Positions 35,753-46,058 are shown, counted from the stretch's first letter. The stretch is 64,000 nucleotides of DNA from Bacillota bacterium (GCA_049323895.1 JBMOKT010000017.1:19041-83040), one strand, 5' to 3'. Made by a program: numbers and translations. The notes: generated by a model from the letters alone, not told the origin.

Positions 35753-37132
35753 TCACCCCACTAATCCCTGCACAATATTCTCCATTTTCATACCCCTGCT
35801 GCCTTTCACTAGTACAACGTCACCTTTGCTAATATTTTTTTGCAGATATTCCAATGCATCATCATTAGTTTGAGCCAGGATAACACTTTCCTGCCTCATT
35901 CCGGCATCCATCGCTCCCATACCGATGAGCATTCCTAAATCTCCAACAGCTACAATTATATCGATTTTTTCCTTATAAGCCACTGCCCCCATTCTTTTGT
36001 GACCCTCTTCCTGGTATCTTCCCAGTTCATACATATCACCTAAAACAGCTATTTTCCTTTGGCCAGACATCCCGGCAAGGACCTTAAGGGCGGCTTCCAT
36101 AGAGGTAGGATTTGCATTATATGTATCATTGACAATTTGCGCTCCCCCTTTACCCTTGACTATCTGTAAACGCATATCCGTTAATTTTACTTCAGCTAAA
36201 CCTTGCTTTATTTCTGCCCAGGAAAGGTTAAGGCTTCTGGCAACCCCTATGGCCGCCAAAGCATTACTGATATTATGTTCTCCCGGGATATTTAAAGTAA
36301 TAACCTCGGTCTGGTCTAGATAATGCACTCTAAATTGGCTCCCGGCTTCCCCCATAATTTTAATTTGGGAGGCAAAAATATCGCTGGGTCCGTGCAACGA
36401 ATACCATTGGACCTCTGCTTTACATTCCTTAAGCCAAGGTTCTATCAACTTTCTATCCTGCAAGTTTAAAAAGGCAGTACCTTCCTGGGGAAGGTTTTTT
36501 AATAGCTCTGCTTTAGCCTGGGCAATTTTTTCCTGGGACCCCAAGAGTTCGGCATGAACCTCACCAATGTTTGTAATGATTCCATGGGTTGGTTTGGCTA
36601 GTTGACACAAGAAATCAATCTGACCCAACCCCCTCATTCCCATTTCCAAGACAACTGCTTCATGGGATTTATTCAGCCCGCACAGGGTAAGGGGCATTCC
36701 CAGTTCATTGTTATAATTTCCTTGGGTATTAAGGGTATTATATCTTTGGGAAAGGAGATGGGAAACCAAATCTTTGGTTGTTGTTTTTCCGGTGCTGCCG
36801 GTAATACCTATAACCGGAATACTTAAATTTTGTCTAACCAATTTTGCTAAATCCTGCAAAAACCTTAAGGGATCCTCGCAAATAATAAGATTTTTGGATT
36901 CAGGATTTGCTACTGCTTTTAAATTATTGATAACGGCACCCACTGCTCCCTGCTGAAGGGCATTTTCCACAAATTCATGTCCATCAACCCTGTGTCCAGG
37001 GAGAGCAAAAAATAAATCTCCGGGCTGGGCTGTTCTGCTGTCTATAATAGCCCTTTGAGGGTAAATATTTGAGTTGCCCTGGTAACGTGCACCTAAAAGT
37101 TTGGCTAGATTTTGCAGATTCAAATCCAACAT
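35753..37132 (-). CDS. murF: UDP-N-acetylmuramoyl-tripeptide--D-alanyl-D-alanine ligase
   Basis: Contains ITGSTGKTTTKDL and DTYNANP. Confidence 0.92.
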   Translation of the reverse strand: MLDLNLQNLAKLLGARYQGNSNIYPQRAIIDSRTAQPGDLFFALPGHRVDGHEFVENALQQGAVGAVINNLKAVANPESKNLIICEDPLRFLQDLAKLVRQNLSIPVIGITGSTGKTTTKDLVSHLLSQRYNTLNTQGNYNNELGMPLTLCGLNKSHEAVVLEMGMRGLGQIDFLCQLAKPTHGIITNIGEVHAELLGSQEKIAQAKAELLKNLPQEGTAFLNLQDRKLIEPWLKECKAEVQWYSLHGPSDIFASQIKIMGEAGSQFRVHYLDQTEVITLNIPGEHNISNALAAIGVARSLNLSWAEIKQGLAEVKLTDMRLQIVKGKGGAQIVNDTYNANPTSMEAALKVLAGMSGQRKIAVLGDMYELGRYQEEGHKRMGAVAYKEKIDIIVAVGDLGMLIGMGAMDAGMRQESVILAQTNDDALEYLQKNISKGDVVLVKGSRGMKMENIVQGLVG

Positions 37133-37134
37133 TT

Positions 37135-38616
37135 TTACACCTTCTTTGATAAAACTTTTAATATTTCTTCGGCAACTTCCTTATCATCAAAGGGATATTT
37201 CTGCCCTTTTATTTCTTGGTATGTTTCATGTCCTTTGCCGGCAATGATTACAATGTCTCCCCTGTCTGCCATATTGAGAGCCTCTTCAATAGCCTTTTTC
37301 CTGTCAATTACTACCTTATACTTCTCCTGAGTGGAAATCTCCTGCAAGCCGGGCAGAATATCACCTATTATCCTTTCAGGTTCCTCTGACCTAGGATTAT
37401 CCGATGTAACAATACAAAAATCACTATATTGGGCTGCAGCTTTGCCCATGATGGGTCTCTTAGTCCTATCACGGTCACCGCCACAGCCAAAAACAGTTAT
37501 TATTCTTCCTTGTACAAACTCCTGAGCAGTGGCCAAAATATTTATCAGGCTGTCAGGGGTATGGGCATAGTCAACAATCACTGCAAAATCATCAGTACCT
37601 TCTACCAGTTGGAAACGACCGGAAACTGCCATTTGCTTTAGGCTCTGGGCAGCAGCCTGCAGAGGTATGCCAAGGTTAGCTACTACAGCTAGGGCAGCTA
37701 AGGAGTTATATACATTAAATTTCCCTGTCAGCTGCAACTGAACCAAACTATCATTTACTGAATAAGAGACACCAGTGGAAGCTATTTGAATATCTTCTGC
37801 TTTAAAATCAACTGTACTATTAATGCCATAGGTTACGGTTTTGACTTTTGTATCTTTGAGAAGTTTTTGACCCCAGGGGTCGTCACCATTGATCACAGCT
37901 AATTTTTCCCTTGCTTTTGGTGACTTACTCCCTAGTAAACGGGTAAATAAAGCTGCCTTCGCCTGGTAATATTTTTCCATAGTATGGTGATAATCCAGAT
38001 GGTCCTGGGTTAAATTAGTGAAAACAGCAACATCAAAATCGCTGCCCCGTACCCTATGTAAATCTAAAGCATGGGAACTTACTTCCATAATAACACTATC
38101 TACTTTGTTTTCTACCATTTCCTTAAACAGCTGCTGTAAATCTAATGATTCAGGTGTTGTTCGCTCAACCGGAATTATCTTATTACCAATTCTATTATGA
38201 ATAGTTCCTATTAATCCTACCTTATGTCCTTGATCCTCTAAAACTTTTGCAATAAGGTTAGTAGTGGTGGTTTTGCCATTGGTTCCTGTTACACCAATTA
38301 ACAAAAACTCCCGAGAAGGATGGTCATTAAAAGCTGCACTCAAATCGGCAAGAACCTCTCGGCTTGAATTTACTAAAAGCCAGGGGTATCTATCTGAACG
38401 ATAAGCAGCATCCTCGATTACAACTGCACACGCACCATTTGCAATAGCTTTTTCTATATATTTATGACCGTCAGTCTTAAAACCTCTTATTGCAACAAAT
38501 AAGTCATCCTTAGTAACCTGCCTGGAATCATATTTTATACCTTTAATAGCTAAGCCTTCTATCCTGGAAATACTATTTAACTCTATCCCTTCCAGCAGTG
38601 ATGACAACAAAACCAT
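37135..38616 (-). CDS. murE: UDP-N-acetylmuramoyl-L-alanyl-D-glutamate--2,6-diaminopimelate ligase
   Basis: Contains GVTGTNGKTTTTNLI, DYAHTPD, GCGGDRD and the DNPRSE motif. Confidence 0.95.
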   Translation of the reverse strand: MVLLSSLLEGIELNSISRIEGLAIKGIKYDSRQVTKDDLFVAIRGFKTDGHKYIEKAIANGACAVVIEDAAYRSDRYPWLLVNSSREVLADLSAAFNDHPSREFLLIGVTGTNGKTTTTNLIAKVLEDQGHKVGLIGTIHNRIGNKIIPVERTTPESLDLQQLFKEMVENKVDSVIMEVSSHALDLHRVRGSDFDVAVFTNLTQDHLDYHHTMEKYYQAKAALFTRLLGSKSPKAREKLAVINGDDPWGQKLLKDTKVKTVTYGINSTVDFKAEDIQIASTGVSYSVNDSLVQLQLTGKFNVYNSLAALAVVANLGIPLQAAAQSLKQMAVSGRFQLVEGTDDFAVIVDYAHTPDSLINILATAQEFVQGRIITVFGCGGDRDRTKRPIMGKAAAQYSDFCIVTSDNPRSEEPERIIGDILPGLQEISTQEKYKVVIDRKKAIEEALNMADRGDIVIIAGKGHETYQEIKGQKYPFDDKEVAEEILKVLSKKV

Positions 38617-38690
38617 TAGATTTGACCTCCATCCTATATTTTCCTATAAGTAATATTATAGCCCAACAATACAATGGTTAGAACAATATT

Positions 38691-38734
38691 AATACAAAAG
38701 AGGAAACAGGTCCTTAAGGACCAATTGTTTCCTC
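38691..38734 (-). terminator. Intrinsic terminator overlapping the PBP stop codon, inside the dcw cluster
   Basis: Minus strand reads GAGGAAACAATTGGTCC-TTAA-GGACCTGTTTCCTC-TTTTGTATT. The loop TTAA contains the stop codon. Confidence 0.6.
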
Positions 38735-40837
38735 ATGGGGTTCCTCGTTTGGCGAGGAAAATTGCACTTTTACAATGGTACCCTGCTCCACCTCTGTGCC
38801 TGGATAAGGTTCCTGCAGGGCAGCCAAACCACTTCCTTGAGGAGCCATGCGCAAACCAATATCATTTAATATTTTACTGGCTTCCTTAATAGTTCTGCCT
38901 GTTAAATCCGGTACCACAATTTGTTGGGACTCATTCAACTGGGAATACAATACTACTAAACTGCCTTTTTGAACTGGAGTGCCCGCCGGCGGCAACTGGC
39001 TGATTATCTTATCGCCGTTCCCTTCAACTTTTACTTCAAGTTTTAGGGCTTTTAGTTCTTTGACAGCTGCCTCAGTGTTTTTGTCCTTGACATCTGGCAC
39101 AGTTATTTGCCCACTGGCAGTTTGCGGTTTTTGCTCTAATTCCGGTGGTATCTGCAAATACCGTAATGTATCCAGTATAATATTTCTAAATACAGGTCCG
39201 GCTACCTGTCCCCCATAATATATACCCTGAGGTGAATCAACAATTACCAATGCAGCAATTCGGGGATTGTCGGCAGGTGCAAAGCCGGCGAAAGACGCTA
39301 TATACTCACTGGTAGAATATCCTCCACCGGGAAGTATTTTTTGTGCAGTACCCGTTTTGCCCGCAACCTTATAACCCTCAATATACGCCTTAGAACCAGT
39401 TCCATCACTTACCACTGTCTCTAAAATAGCCCTTAGTTCTTCTGATGTTGTTTTAGAAATTACCTGTCTCTGCGGCTCTGGGTCATTTTTTCTAACCAAT
39501 TTACCTTCATAATCCCTTATTTCCTTTACCAACTGGGGCTTCATCAGCCATCCATCATTGGCAATAGCAGCGACGGCTCTTGTTAACTGAATAGGTGTAA
39601 CTGCATTGGCCTGCCCTATTGACATGGTTGCCAAGTCAATATCCTTAGCCCTAGTCTTGGGTACCAATATCCCATTAGCTTCACCGGGAAGTTCTATGCC
39701 GGTCTTTTGACCAAACCCGAATCCCTCCAAATACTTATAAAAACGGTCCTTCCCCTGCCGTAAGCCTACAGTTACAAAAACAGGGTTGCAAGAATTCTGC
39801 ACCCCCTCTATAAAAGATTGGCTGCCATGGGGGGTCCGGGACCAGCATTTGATAGTTTCCTTTCCTACTTTTATATAGCCCGGGTCATAGAACCTATCAT
39901 TGGGCTTTACAACATTTTCTTCCATAGCTCCCGCAGCGGTTACCGTTTTAAAGGTTGAACCCGGTTCATATGCATCAGATATAGCAAAATTCCGCCAGGT
40001 GCCTTTGTCATAGTCGGCGTAATTATTAGGATCAAAAACAGGTCTATTCGCCAAGGCCAGAATCTCTCCTGTTTTTACATCCAGTACGAGGATAGCACCC
40101 CTTTTTGCCTGCTTAATCTTCATGACCTGGTCCAATTCACGCTCAATTATGTATTGAATAGTCTCATCAATAGTTAAATAAATACTGTTTCCATCAATAG
40201 GAGGAATATATTGGTGCATAGCATTGGGGATTTCCCGGCCCGCTGCATCGTACTCGATCATGATTTTCCCGGAAACGCCCCTCAGTTCCTTATCATATGT
40301 AAGTTCAATACCGTTAAGTCCCTGGTTGTCAATGCCTGCAAAGCCCAAGATATGGGCTCCCAGGGTGCCTTTAGGGTAATAACGCTGGTTTTCCTCTACA
40401 AAATTGATGCCCGGCAAATCCAGTTCCTTTAATTCCTTAACTTTTTCATCAGGCACCCTGCGTTTTATCCATTCAAAAGCTACCTTTTTATTTATCTTTG
40501 CCAGTATTTCTTCTTTATCCAGTTCTAAAACCTTGCTTAAAGTTTCGGCAATTTCATCTGCCCTTTGGGATCGGCGTATTTGGGACGGGACTGCATAAAC
40601 AGAATCAGCACTTACACTAATTGCTAATGGACTACCATTTCGGTCATAAATAATGCCTCGCTTTGCCTTTACGTCGATATTTCTTAATCGACTATCAATG
40701 GCTTTGGCCTGGAGTTCCTTTCCCATTATTAACTGAATCCAGGCAGCCCTAGCCACTAAAAGGCCTAACAGCAAGGCTGAAATTAAAAAGATAAAGCTGA
40801 TTCTTTTTTTCATAGTTAAACTAACCAAGTTGCCCAC
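38714..40837 (-). CDS. Class B penicillin-binding protein (FtsI/PBP2B/SpoVD type) with two C-terminal PASTA domains
   Basis: It has an N-terminal TM segment, a dimerisation domain, transpeptidase motifs STFK, SCN and KTGT, then two PASTA repeats (VPDV..., VPDLTGRT...). Confidence 0.92.
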   Translation of the reverse strand: MGNLVSLTMKKRISFIFLISALLLGLLVARAAWIQLIMGKELQAKAIDSRLRNIDVKAKRGIIYDRNGSPLAISVSADSVYAVPSQIRRSQRADEIAETLSKVLELDKEEILAKINKKVAFEWIKRRVPDEKVKELKELDLPGINFVEENQRYYPKGTLGAHILGFAGIDNQGLNGIELTYDKELRGVSGKIMIEYDAAGREIPNAMHQYIPPIDGNSIYLTIDETIQYIIERELDQVMKIKQAKRGAILVLDVKTGEILALANRPVFDPNNYADYDKGTWRNFAISDAYEPGSTFKTVTAAGAMEENVVKPNDRFYDPGYIKVGKETIKCWSRTPHGSQSFIEGVQNSCNPVFVTVGLRQGKDRFYKYLEGFGFGQKTGIELPGEANGILVPKTRAKDIDLATMSIGQANAVTPIQLTRAVAAIANDGWLMKPQLVKEIRDYEGKLVRKNDPEPQRQVISKTTSEELRAILETVVSDGTGSKAYIEGYKVAGKTGTAQKILPGGGYSTSEYIASFAGFAPADNPRIAALVIVDSPQGIYYGGQVAGPVFRNIILDTLRYLQIPPELEQKPQTASGQITVPDVKDKNTEAAVKELKALKLEVKVEGNGDKIISQLPPAGTPVQKGSLVVLYSQLNESQQIVVPDLTGRTIKEASKILNDIGLRMAPQGSGLAALQEPYPGTEVEQGTIVKVQFSSPNEEPHEETIGP

Positions 40838-40839
40838 TC

Positions 40840-41379
40840 CTAGTTTTTACTTTTCCCCAATAACCAGTGATAAAAAAAATCCTGTACTGTACCCAACCAA
40901 GCCTGTTGTGCAGCAATATTGCCAGTTTGGGAAGACATTGTGTTATTGTCCGGCGCAACAAGCCCTGTTATTTGCACAATGGATGTTTCATTATTTCTAT
41001 GGTTATTTTGTGAAAAAATATAATGAATGGATTGGTTTTGGGGATAGACCATGCCCATCTTCAGTGCAGATTCCTCTATTTTTTCCAAGGAACCAAAACT
41101 TGCTATCTTTAATTTTAACTTCTCATTATTTACTTGTATATTATTAATATTTTTATTCAATTGGGCAATTTGATAGCCTAAAAAATTGATCCAAACATGC
41201 TGAGCAACAAATGCCATCCCCGTTATGAATATTAAGACAATTAAGACCATTGCCGGCGTAGCTTTAAAGAGCCACCATGACTTTTTGGAGGTTGGAACCT
41301 TGTTTGCATTTTTTTTGCTATCTGAGTAGTTCTCCGGTACATAATCTGTACCCACTACCTTTTTATATGCCATTACCAA
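40840..41379 (-). CDS. ftsL: Cell division protein FtsL (longer than usual, 179 aa)
   Basis: It has a single TM segment and then a coiled coil LNKNINNIQVNNEKLKLKIASFGSLEKIEESALKMGMVYP. It occupies the ftsL position between rsmH and the PBP gene. Confidence 0.65.
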   Translation of the reverse strand: MVMAYKKVVGTDYVPENYSDSKKNANKVPTSKKSWWLFKATPAMVLIVLIFITGMAFVAQHVWINFLGYQIAQLNKNINNIQVNNEKLKLKIASFGSLEKIEESALKMGMVYPQNQSIHYIFSQNNHRNNETSIVQITGLVAPDNNTMSSQTGNIAAQQAWLGTVQDFFYHWLLGKSKN

Positions 41380-41606
41380 GGTATTCTCCCTCCTTCAAAT
41401 TTAGAACAAAATTCGTTGATTGGTCTGTTCGTCAAGTCGTCTTTTCGCTCTATATCTGTACTAAAAATAGTTATTGGTGACTGGTGACTAATAAAAATAA
41501 TTAATATATCTGTGTCCACCCGTGTGTGAAAGTCATCCGTGGCTAAATTTTCTCTTTCGACTGGTGCTTGCAACATGTGGGTCTGTGGCCCTGGATCATT
41601 CTCATG

Positions 41607-42542
41607 TCAGAGTTTCAGTGCTGCGCGGAATTTGGCACTCCTTGATCTGGGATTTTTTTTCAATTCAGCTTGAGAGGCTGTTACCGGCTTTCTTGTGAGA
41701 ATCTTTATTTCGGATTGTTTTACACATTGACAAATGGGCAGCTCCGGCGGACAAATACAATCTAATGCTATGTGCTTAAATTTTTCCTTTACAATACGAT
41801 CTTCCAAAGAGTGAAAAGAAATAACACCTATTCTCCCTCCTTTTTTTAACCACTTTACTGCTGTATCTAAAGTATTTTCCAATACTTCTAATTCTCTGTT
41901 AACAGCAATTCTTATGGCCTGAAAGGTTCTTTTAGCTGGATGGGGTCCTTCTTTTCTAGCACCTGCGGGAATCGCGGCCTTTATTATGTCTACTAATTGA
42001 CCGGTAGTTTCAATAGGGGTTTCCTTTCTTCTTGCAACAATAAATTCCACAATACGTTTTGCCCATTTTTCTTCACCGTAATCCTGGATTATTTCAGTTA
42101 ATTGTGTCGGAGAAAAATTATTAATTATGTCATGGGCCGTTAAACTGCCCTCTTGATTCATGCGCATATCAAGGGGTGCATCTTGCATATAGCTAAATCC
42201 CCTCTCCCCTTCATCCAACTGATGGGAGGAAACACCTAAATCAAATAATATTCCGTTAACACCCTGGGGACAGTGTATTTTTAAAACATCGCCCAATCTT
42301 TCATAATTACTGTGCACAAAAATGACATTTTCTTTATACTCCTCAAGGTTTTTTTCCGCAGCTTGCAGGGCGTTGCTGTCCTGATCAATACCAATTAATA
42401 CCCCGCCGGGTTTTAATCTTTTAACAAACTCTTTGCTGTGTCCCCCGCCCCCCAAGGTGCAGTCAACAAAAACTTCACCTGGTTGAGGATCCATTATTTC
42501 AACTATTTCATCCAATAAAACCGGTACGTGTTCGAAATTCAT
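41607..42542 (-). CDS. rsmH: 16S rRNA (cytosine1402-N4)-methyltransferase
   Basis: Contains HVPVLLDEIVE, DCTLGGGGHS and SFHSLEDRIVK. Confidence 0.95.
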   Translation of the reverse strand: MNFEHVPVLLDEIVEIMDPQPGEVFVDCTLGGGGHSKEFVKRLKPGGVLIGIDQDSNALQAAEKNLEEYKENVIFVHSNYERLGDVLKIHCPQGVNGILFDLGVSSHQLDEGERGFSYMQDAPLDMRMNQEGSLTAHDIINNFSPTQLTEIIQDYGEEKWAKRIVEFIVARRKETPIETTGQLVDIIKAAIPAGARKEGPHPAKRTFQAIRIAVNRELEVLENTLDTAVKWLKKGGRIGVISFHSLEDRIVKEKFKHIALDCICPPELPICQCVKQSEIKILTRKPVTASQAELKKNPRSRSAKFRAALKL

Positions 42543-42555
42543 TGTTTACACTTCC

Positions 42556-42993
42556 TTACAGTCCTATATCAAAATCAACCATTTTCTCTGCCAGTTCCTC
42601 ATAAGAGGATTCAGCTTTATTGCTATAGTCTTCCCAAACTTCCTTGCTCCATATTTCTAATCTGGAAGAAACTCCAATAATAAATGTATCTTTTATTAAC
42701 TGGGCATGCTCCCGTAAATTTGTAGGCAGTAATATTCTGCCCTGTTTATCAAGTTCACACTCGGTAGCACCCGAGAAAAAGAAACGGGCAAATGCCCTGG
42801 CGTCAGCTTTTGTAAAGGGAAGGTTGCGCAGTTTGCTTTCCAAGACCTTCCACTCCTCCATAGGATAAACAAACAAACATCCGTCCAAACCTTTAGTTAC
42901 TATAAATTTATCCCCTAAATCATCCCTAAACTTAGCAGGCATGATAAGACGACCTTTATCATCAATTGTATGCTGATATTCACCCATAAACAT
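42556..42993 (-). CDS. mraZ: Transcriptional regulator MraZ
   Basis: [23 protein letters not shown], followed by a second SpoVT-AbrB repeat DKQGRILLP. The start was moved to 42993 because AAAGGTGGTG lies upstream. Confidence 0.92.
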   Translation of the reverse strand: MFMGEYQHTIDDKGRLIMPAKFRDDLGDKFIVTKGLDGCLFVYPMEEWKVLESKLRNLPFTKADARAFARFFFSGATECELDKQGRILLPTNLREHAQLIKDTFIIGVSSRLEIWSKEVWEDYSNKAESSYEELAEKMVDFDIGL

Positions 42994-43013
42994 GCCGTCC
43001 CACCACCTTTCCC

Positions 43014-43059
43014 CCACTTCAATCCACTTTAAACCATTTTATACCACTTGTACCCACTT
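43014..43059 (-). promoter_or_regulatory. Four phased MraZ boxes around the dcw promoter
   Basis: The coding strand carries AAGTGG at 43059, 43049, 43029 and 43019, giving spacings of 10, 20 and 10 bp. An extended -10, TGGTATAAA, lies at about 43038-43046 between boxes 2 and 3. Confidence 0.6.
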
Positions 43060-43167
43060 TATTCGCTGTCCAAGTTAATTTCCCTGCAAAATTATTAAAA
43101 ATTTTTTTTCAAAAAAATTTCGAAAAAAAAACCGGTTTAATCCGGGTAAAAAATGAAACCAATTATT

Positions 43168-43743
43168 CTATTTTTTAGACTTTTTCAGTATAATGTTTTT
43201 TTCTTCATCATTTTTTTTGATAAGGATTTTTTTGGAGACCGGCAAAGGCTTAAAGCGGGCAATCCCTTGATTTGGCACTTTCTCTTGCTCAGTTCTGCAG
43301 ACCAGTTTAGTAAAGAAGGCTAGGGCAAAACCATAACCAAAATGGGCGACGATAGTCACAAATATTCCAGATACATTTTGGGGTATCTTTGCTGCTACTG
43401 ACTGTCCCAGCAAACTCCCGAAGAGCACAACCCAAACGAAAAGCCCAAAGCCTATTCCCTTAATCCATAAATCCCTGTTGCCAAAAATATAAATGAAATA
43501 GACAAACGCTACCCCTAAACCTGCTGATACAGTAATATCGGCAACAGCACCTACTATCAAAGCCGGTGTACCAAATAAATACTCCTTAGCTAGAAAACGG
43601 GAAGCAGTAATTTGCCAAAATACTACGTCGGTATATCCCAGAAGAAAAGACATGAAATTAATGGTAAGTTTTACTGCATCTGCCAGCAATCCCACCGCTA
43701 TTCCCTGTAAAATTTTGTCTTTAATCATTTTATCTTTAATCAT
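43168..43743 (-). CDS. Hypothetical 4-TM membrane protein with a Lys-rich tail
   Basis: The start was moved to the ATG at 43743 because AAGGAG lies 9 nt upstream. The first 30 nt are a 15-bp tandem duplication (MIKDK MIKDK). Confidence 0.6.
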   Translation of the reverse strand: MIKDKMIKDKILQGIAVGLLADAVKLTINFMSFLLGYTDVVFWQITASRFLAKEYLFGTPALIVGAVADITVSAGLGVAFVYFIYIFGNRDLWIKGIGFGLFVWVVLFGSLLGQSVAAKIPQNVSGIFVTIVAHFGYGFALAFFTKLVCRTEQEKVPNQGIARFKPLPVSKKILIKKNDEEKNIILKKSKK

Positions 43744-43923
43744 TTGATTTTTCTCCTTAAGTACTTTTGACAATAGTTTTTCCAGGATAATAAAAAATAT
43801 TAAACTGACCTAGCTCAGTTTGGTCAATAGTCCATGGTCGAAAGCTATTGTTATTTTGAAAAAATAAAAAGCCCCCTTCCAACGATTCACTACGTCAGAA
43901 AAGGGCTTAAAATAATTATCGTT

Positions 43924-45261
43924 TTACAAGGAATGGATTGGTTTGTGAAACACGGCATGGGCGGCTTCCAGCATAGCTTCAGAAAGAGTGGGATGGGCAT
44001 GTATCGTTTCCGCAACCTGCTCAACAGTAAGGCCCCAGCGGACAGCTAAAGTCAGTTCATGAATTAACTCAGAAGCATTGGGTCCTAAGATATGACCGCC
44101 TAGTATGCGCCCCGTTTCTTCCTGGGCAATAATCTTTACCATACCGTAAGCAGCATCCTGGGTTAATGCCCTGCCGTTTGCACTAAAGGGAAATTTACCT
44201 GCTTTATAGTTTAATCCCTGTATTTTTGCTTGGTTTTCATCTATCCCAACCCCTGCTAATTCAGGATGTGTATACACACATGAAGGTATTGCGCTATAAT
44301 TTGCCTGTGCTTCTAATCCACAAACTACCTTCATTGCAACTTCCCCTTCATAGGAGGCAACATGTGCCAGCATGGGGCTCTTTACCAAATCTCCTATGGC
44401 AAAAACATTGGAAAGATTAGTCTGCATTTTTTCATCAACTTCTATAAACTTCCCATCCATTGCCAAACCCAGTTCTTGGGGATCGATTCCCTGCAAGTTG
44501 GGTTCTCTGCCTGCAGCAGACAGGACTAAATCCGCCTCCAGAATTTCTTCCTTTTTGCCTGACACTTTTACAAAAAAGACACCATCCTTATCTTCCAATT
44601 CCATTACCCTGGTCCCTGTTAATATCTCAATTCCTTGTTTCTTCAAAACAGGCTGCAGCCGGCGTACTAATTCTTCATCCAGGTTGGCTAATATTTTAGG
44701 AAGCATTTCTACAATAGTAACCTTAGAACCTAAACCGGCAAATATCTGGGCAAATTCCAGCCCTATTACTCCACCACCAATTATTAAAAGACTTTGGGGG
44801 ATTTCCTCCAACTCCAAAATACCTTTGCTGTCCACTACCCTTGGGGCATCAATACCTTTAATAGGTAAATTAATACTGCGGGAACCTGTTGCCAATATCA
44901 AAACATCATTTTCCACTAACCTTTTTGTGCCGTCAGAAAGCATTACTTCCACCTGACGAGGTGAAATGACCCGGCCTTCACCCCTGATAAACTCAACCTT
45001 GTTTTTATGTATTAAGGTCTCTACTCCCCCCACCAGTTGTGCTACAATATTATCTTTTTTATTTTTCAATTCCTTTAAATTTTTTGGATACCCTGCAACC
45101 CCTTCGATGTATGATTTGGTAGGAATACAGCCCCAATTCAGACAGGTTCCCCCTACCGATGTTTTTTCTATCAATGTGACCTGGGCACCGGCCTGGGCCC
45201 CCCTGATAGCTGCTGTATACCCTCCTGGTCCACCGCCTAACACTGTTATTCGCTTATTCAT
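43924..45261 (-). CDS. lpd: Dihydrolipoyl dehydrogenase (no adjacent E1/E2 or glycine-cleavage genes)
   Basis: Contains VLGGGPGGYTAA, the redox-active GGTCLNWGCIPTK and a C-terminal HAHPTLSE. The start was moved to 45261 because GGAAAGGAGAG lies upstream. Confidence 0.9.
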   Translation of the reverse strand: MNKRITVLGGGPGGYTAAIRGAQAGAQVTLIEKTSVGGTCLNWGCIPTKSYIEGVAGYPKNLKELKNKKDNIVAQLVGGVETLIHKNKVEFIRGEGRVISPRQVEVMLSDGTKRLVENDVLILATGSRSINLPIKGIDAPRVVDSKGILELEEIPQSLLIIGGGVIGLEFAQIFAGLGSKVTIVEMLPKILANLDEELVRRLQPVLKKQGIEILTGTRVMELEDKDGVFFVKVSGKKEEILEADLVLSAAGREPNLQGIDPQELGLAMDGKFIEVDEKMQTNLSNVFAIGDLVKSPMLAHVASYEGEVAMKVVCGLEAQANYSAIPSCVYTHPELAGVGIDENQAKIQGLNYKAGKFPFSANGRALTQDAAYGMVKIIAQEETGRILGGHILGPNASELIHELTLAVRWGLTVEQVAETIHAHPTLSEAMLEAAHAVFHKPIHSL

Positions 45262-45300
45262 CTCAACTCTCCTTTCCACAACCTTAAAAAAGCAGCCATA

Positions 45301-45474
45301 TTAATCTTGGCTGCCCCCTTTCTTTTCTCCTTCTAAATTGAAAAAAAATTTGTTTTTATTTAACTTTTTTAAATCTGTGACTAAGGCTTCACTTGCCTCA
45401 TTTTCTTCCCTACCCAAACCTATGGTTGACATTTTTTCACGCAGTCTTTGGTGCTCTTTATTGCTACCTTGCAA
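45301..45474 (-). CDS. Candidate 57-aa ORF below the track threshold; weak resemblance to Spo0E-like phosphatases
   Basis: GGAGGTGG lies 6 nt before a TTG start. Translation: MQGSNKEHQRLREKMSTIGLGREENEASEALVTDLKKLNKNKFFFNLEGEKKGGSQD. Confidence 0.3.
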   Translation of the reverse strand: MQGSNKEHQRLREKMSTIGLGREENEASEALVTDLKKLNKNKFFFNLEGEKKGGSQD

Positions 45475-45509
45475 AATACCACCTCCCTAGAGGTAGTTTT
45501 TACTGTTAG

Positions 45510-46058
45510 CTATTTCTTATGCCTCTTCTTTTTAACGAAGTAAATAATGATAATTAATAATACCACTAATAAAAATAATTCAAAATCATATAGGTAGCCA
45601 GCCAATTCTTTTGCCCCTGCACTGGCTAAGGTAACTAACAATCCTGCCAACAGCATGCCCAAGGTTAAAGCTGCAAAAGCAAACCTAAACCGGATGCCAA
45701 ATAGAAAAGCTAATATTGCTCCTGAATAGATACCTGTACCTGGTAGAGGAACAGCCACAAAAAGGAGAAGCCCTAATGCGCCATATTTTTCAACTTGGGC
45801 TCCTTTGGTACGGGTTCTATTTATTATTTTGAAATAGATATTATTTATAAGAGGAATCCTGGCAATAAAACTGCTGAGGGGTTCCAAAAGCAGCAAAACC
45901 GGTGCAATTGGTATAAAATTGCCAATACAAGCGAGAAGGTAACTTTTTAAAGGACTCATTCCCATGGCAAATGCAATAGGAATTGATAATCTTAATTCAG
46001 TTAAAGGCAAAGCCGATAAGAAAATTATCTGTAGTTCTTGGGAATCAAAAAATACCAT
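45510..46058 (-). CDS. Small integral membrane protein of the putative small multidrug export family (COG2426-like)
   Basis: LPLTELRLSIPIA...VAVPLPGTGIYSGA pattern. Confidence 0.65.
   Translation of the reverse strand: MVFFDSQELQIIFLSALPLTELRLSIPIAFAMGMSPLKSYLLACIGNFIPIAPVLLLLEPLSSFIARIPLINNIYFKIINRTRTKGAQVEKYGALGLLLFVAVPLPGTGIYSGAILAFLFGIRFRFAFAALTLGMLLAGLLVTLASAGAKELAGYLYDFELFLLVVLLIIIIYFVKKKRHKK

Noticed and set aside
41373-41576. 67-aa minus-strand ORF in the rsmH-ftsL spacer.
   Set aside because: It has no RBS, contains a fragment of the GTGACTGG repeat, and overlaps the ftsL start. It is probably non-coding spacer.
43714-43743. 15-bp tandem duplication ATGATTAAAGA(T/C)AAA x2 at the 5' end of the membrane protein gene.
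   Set aside because: The duplication is real but trivial, most likely a slippage event adding MIKDK. There is no evidence of phase variation because it stays in frame.
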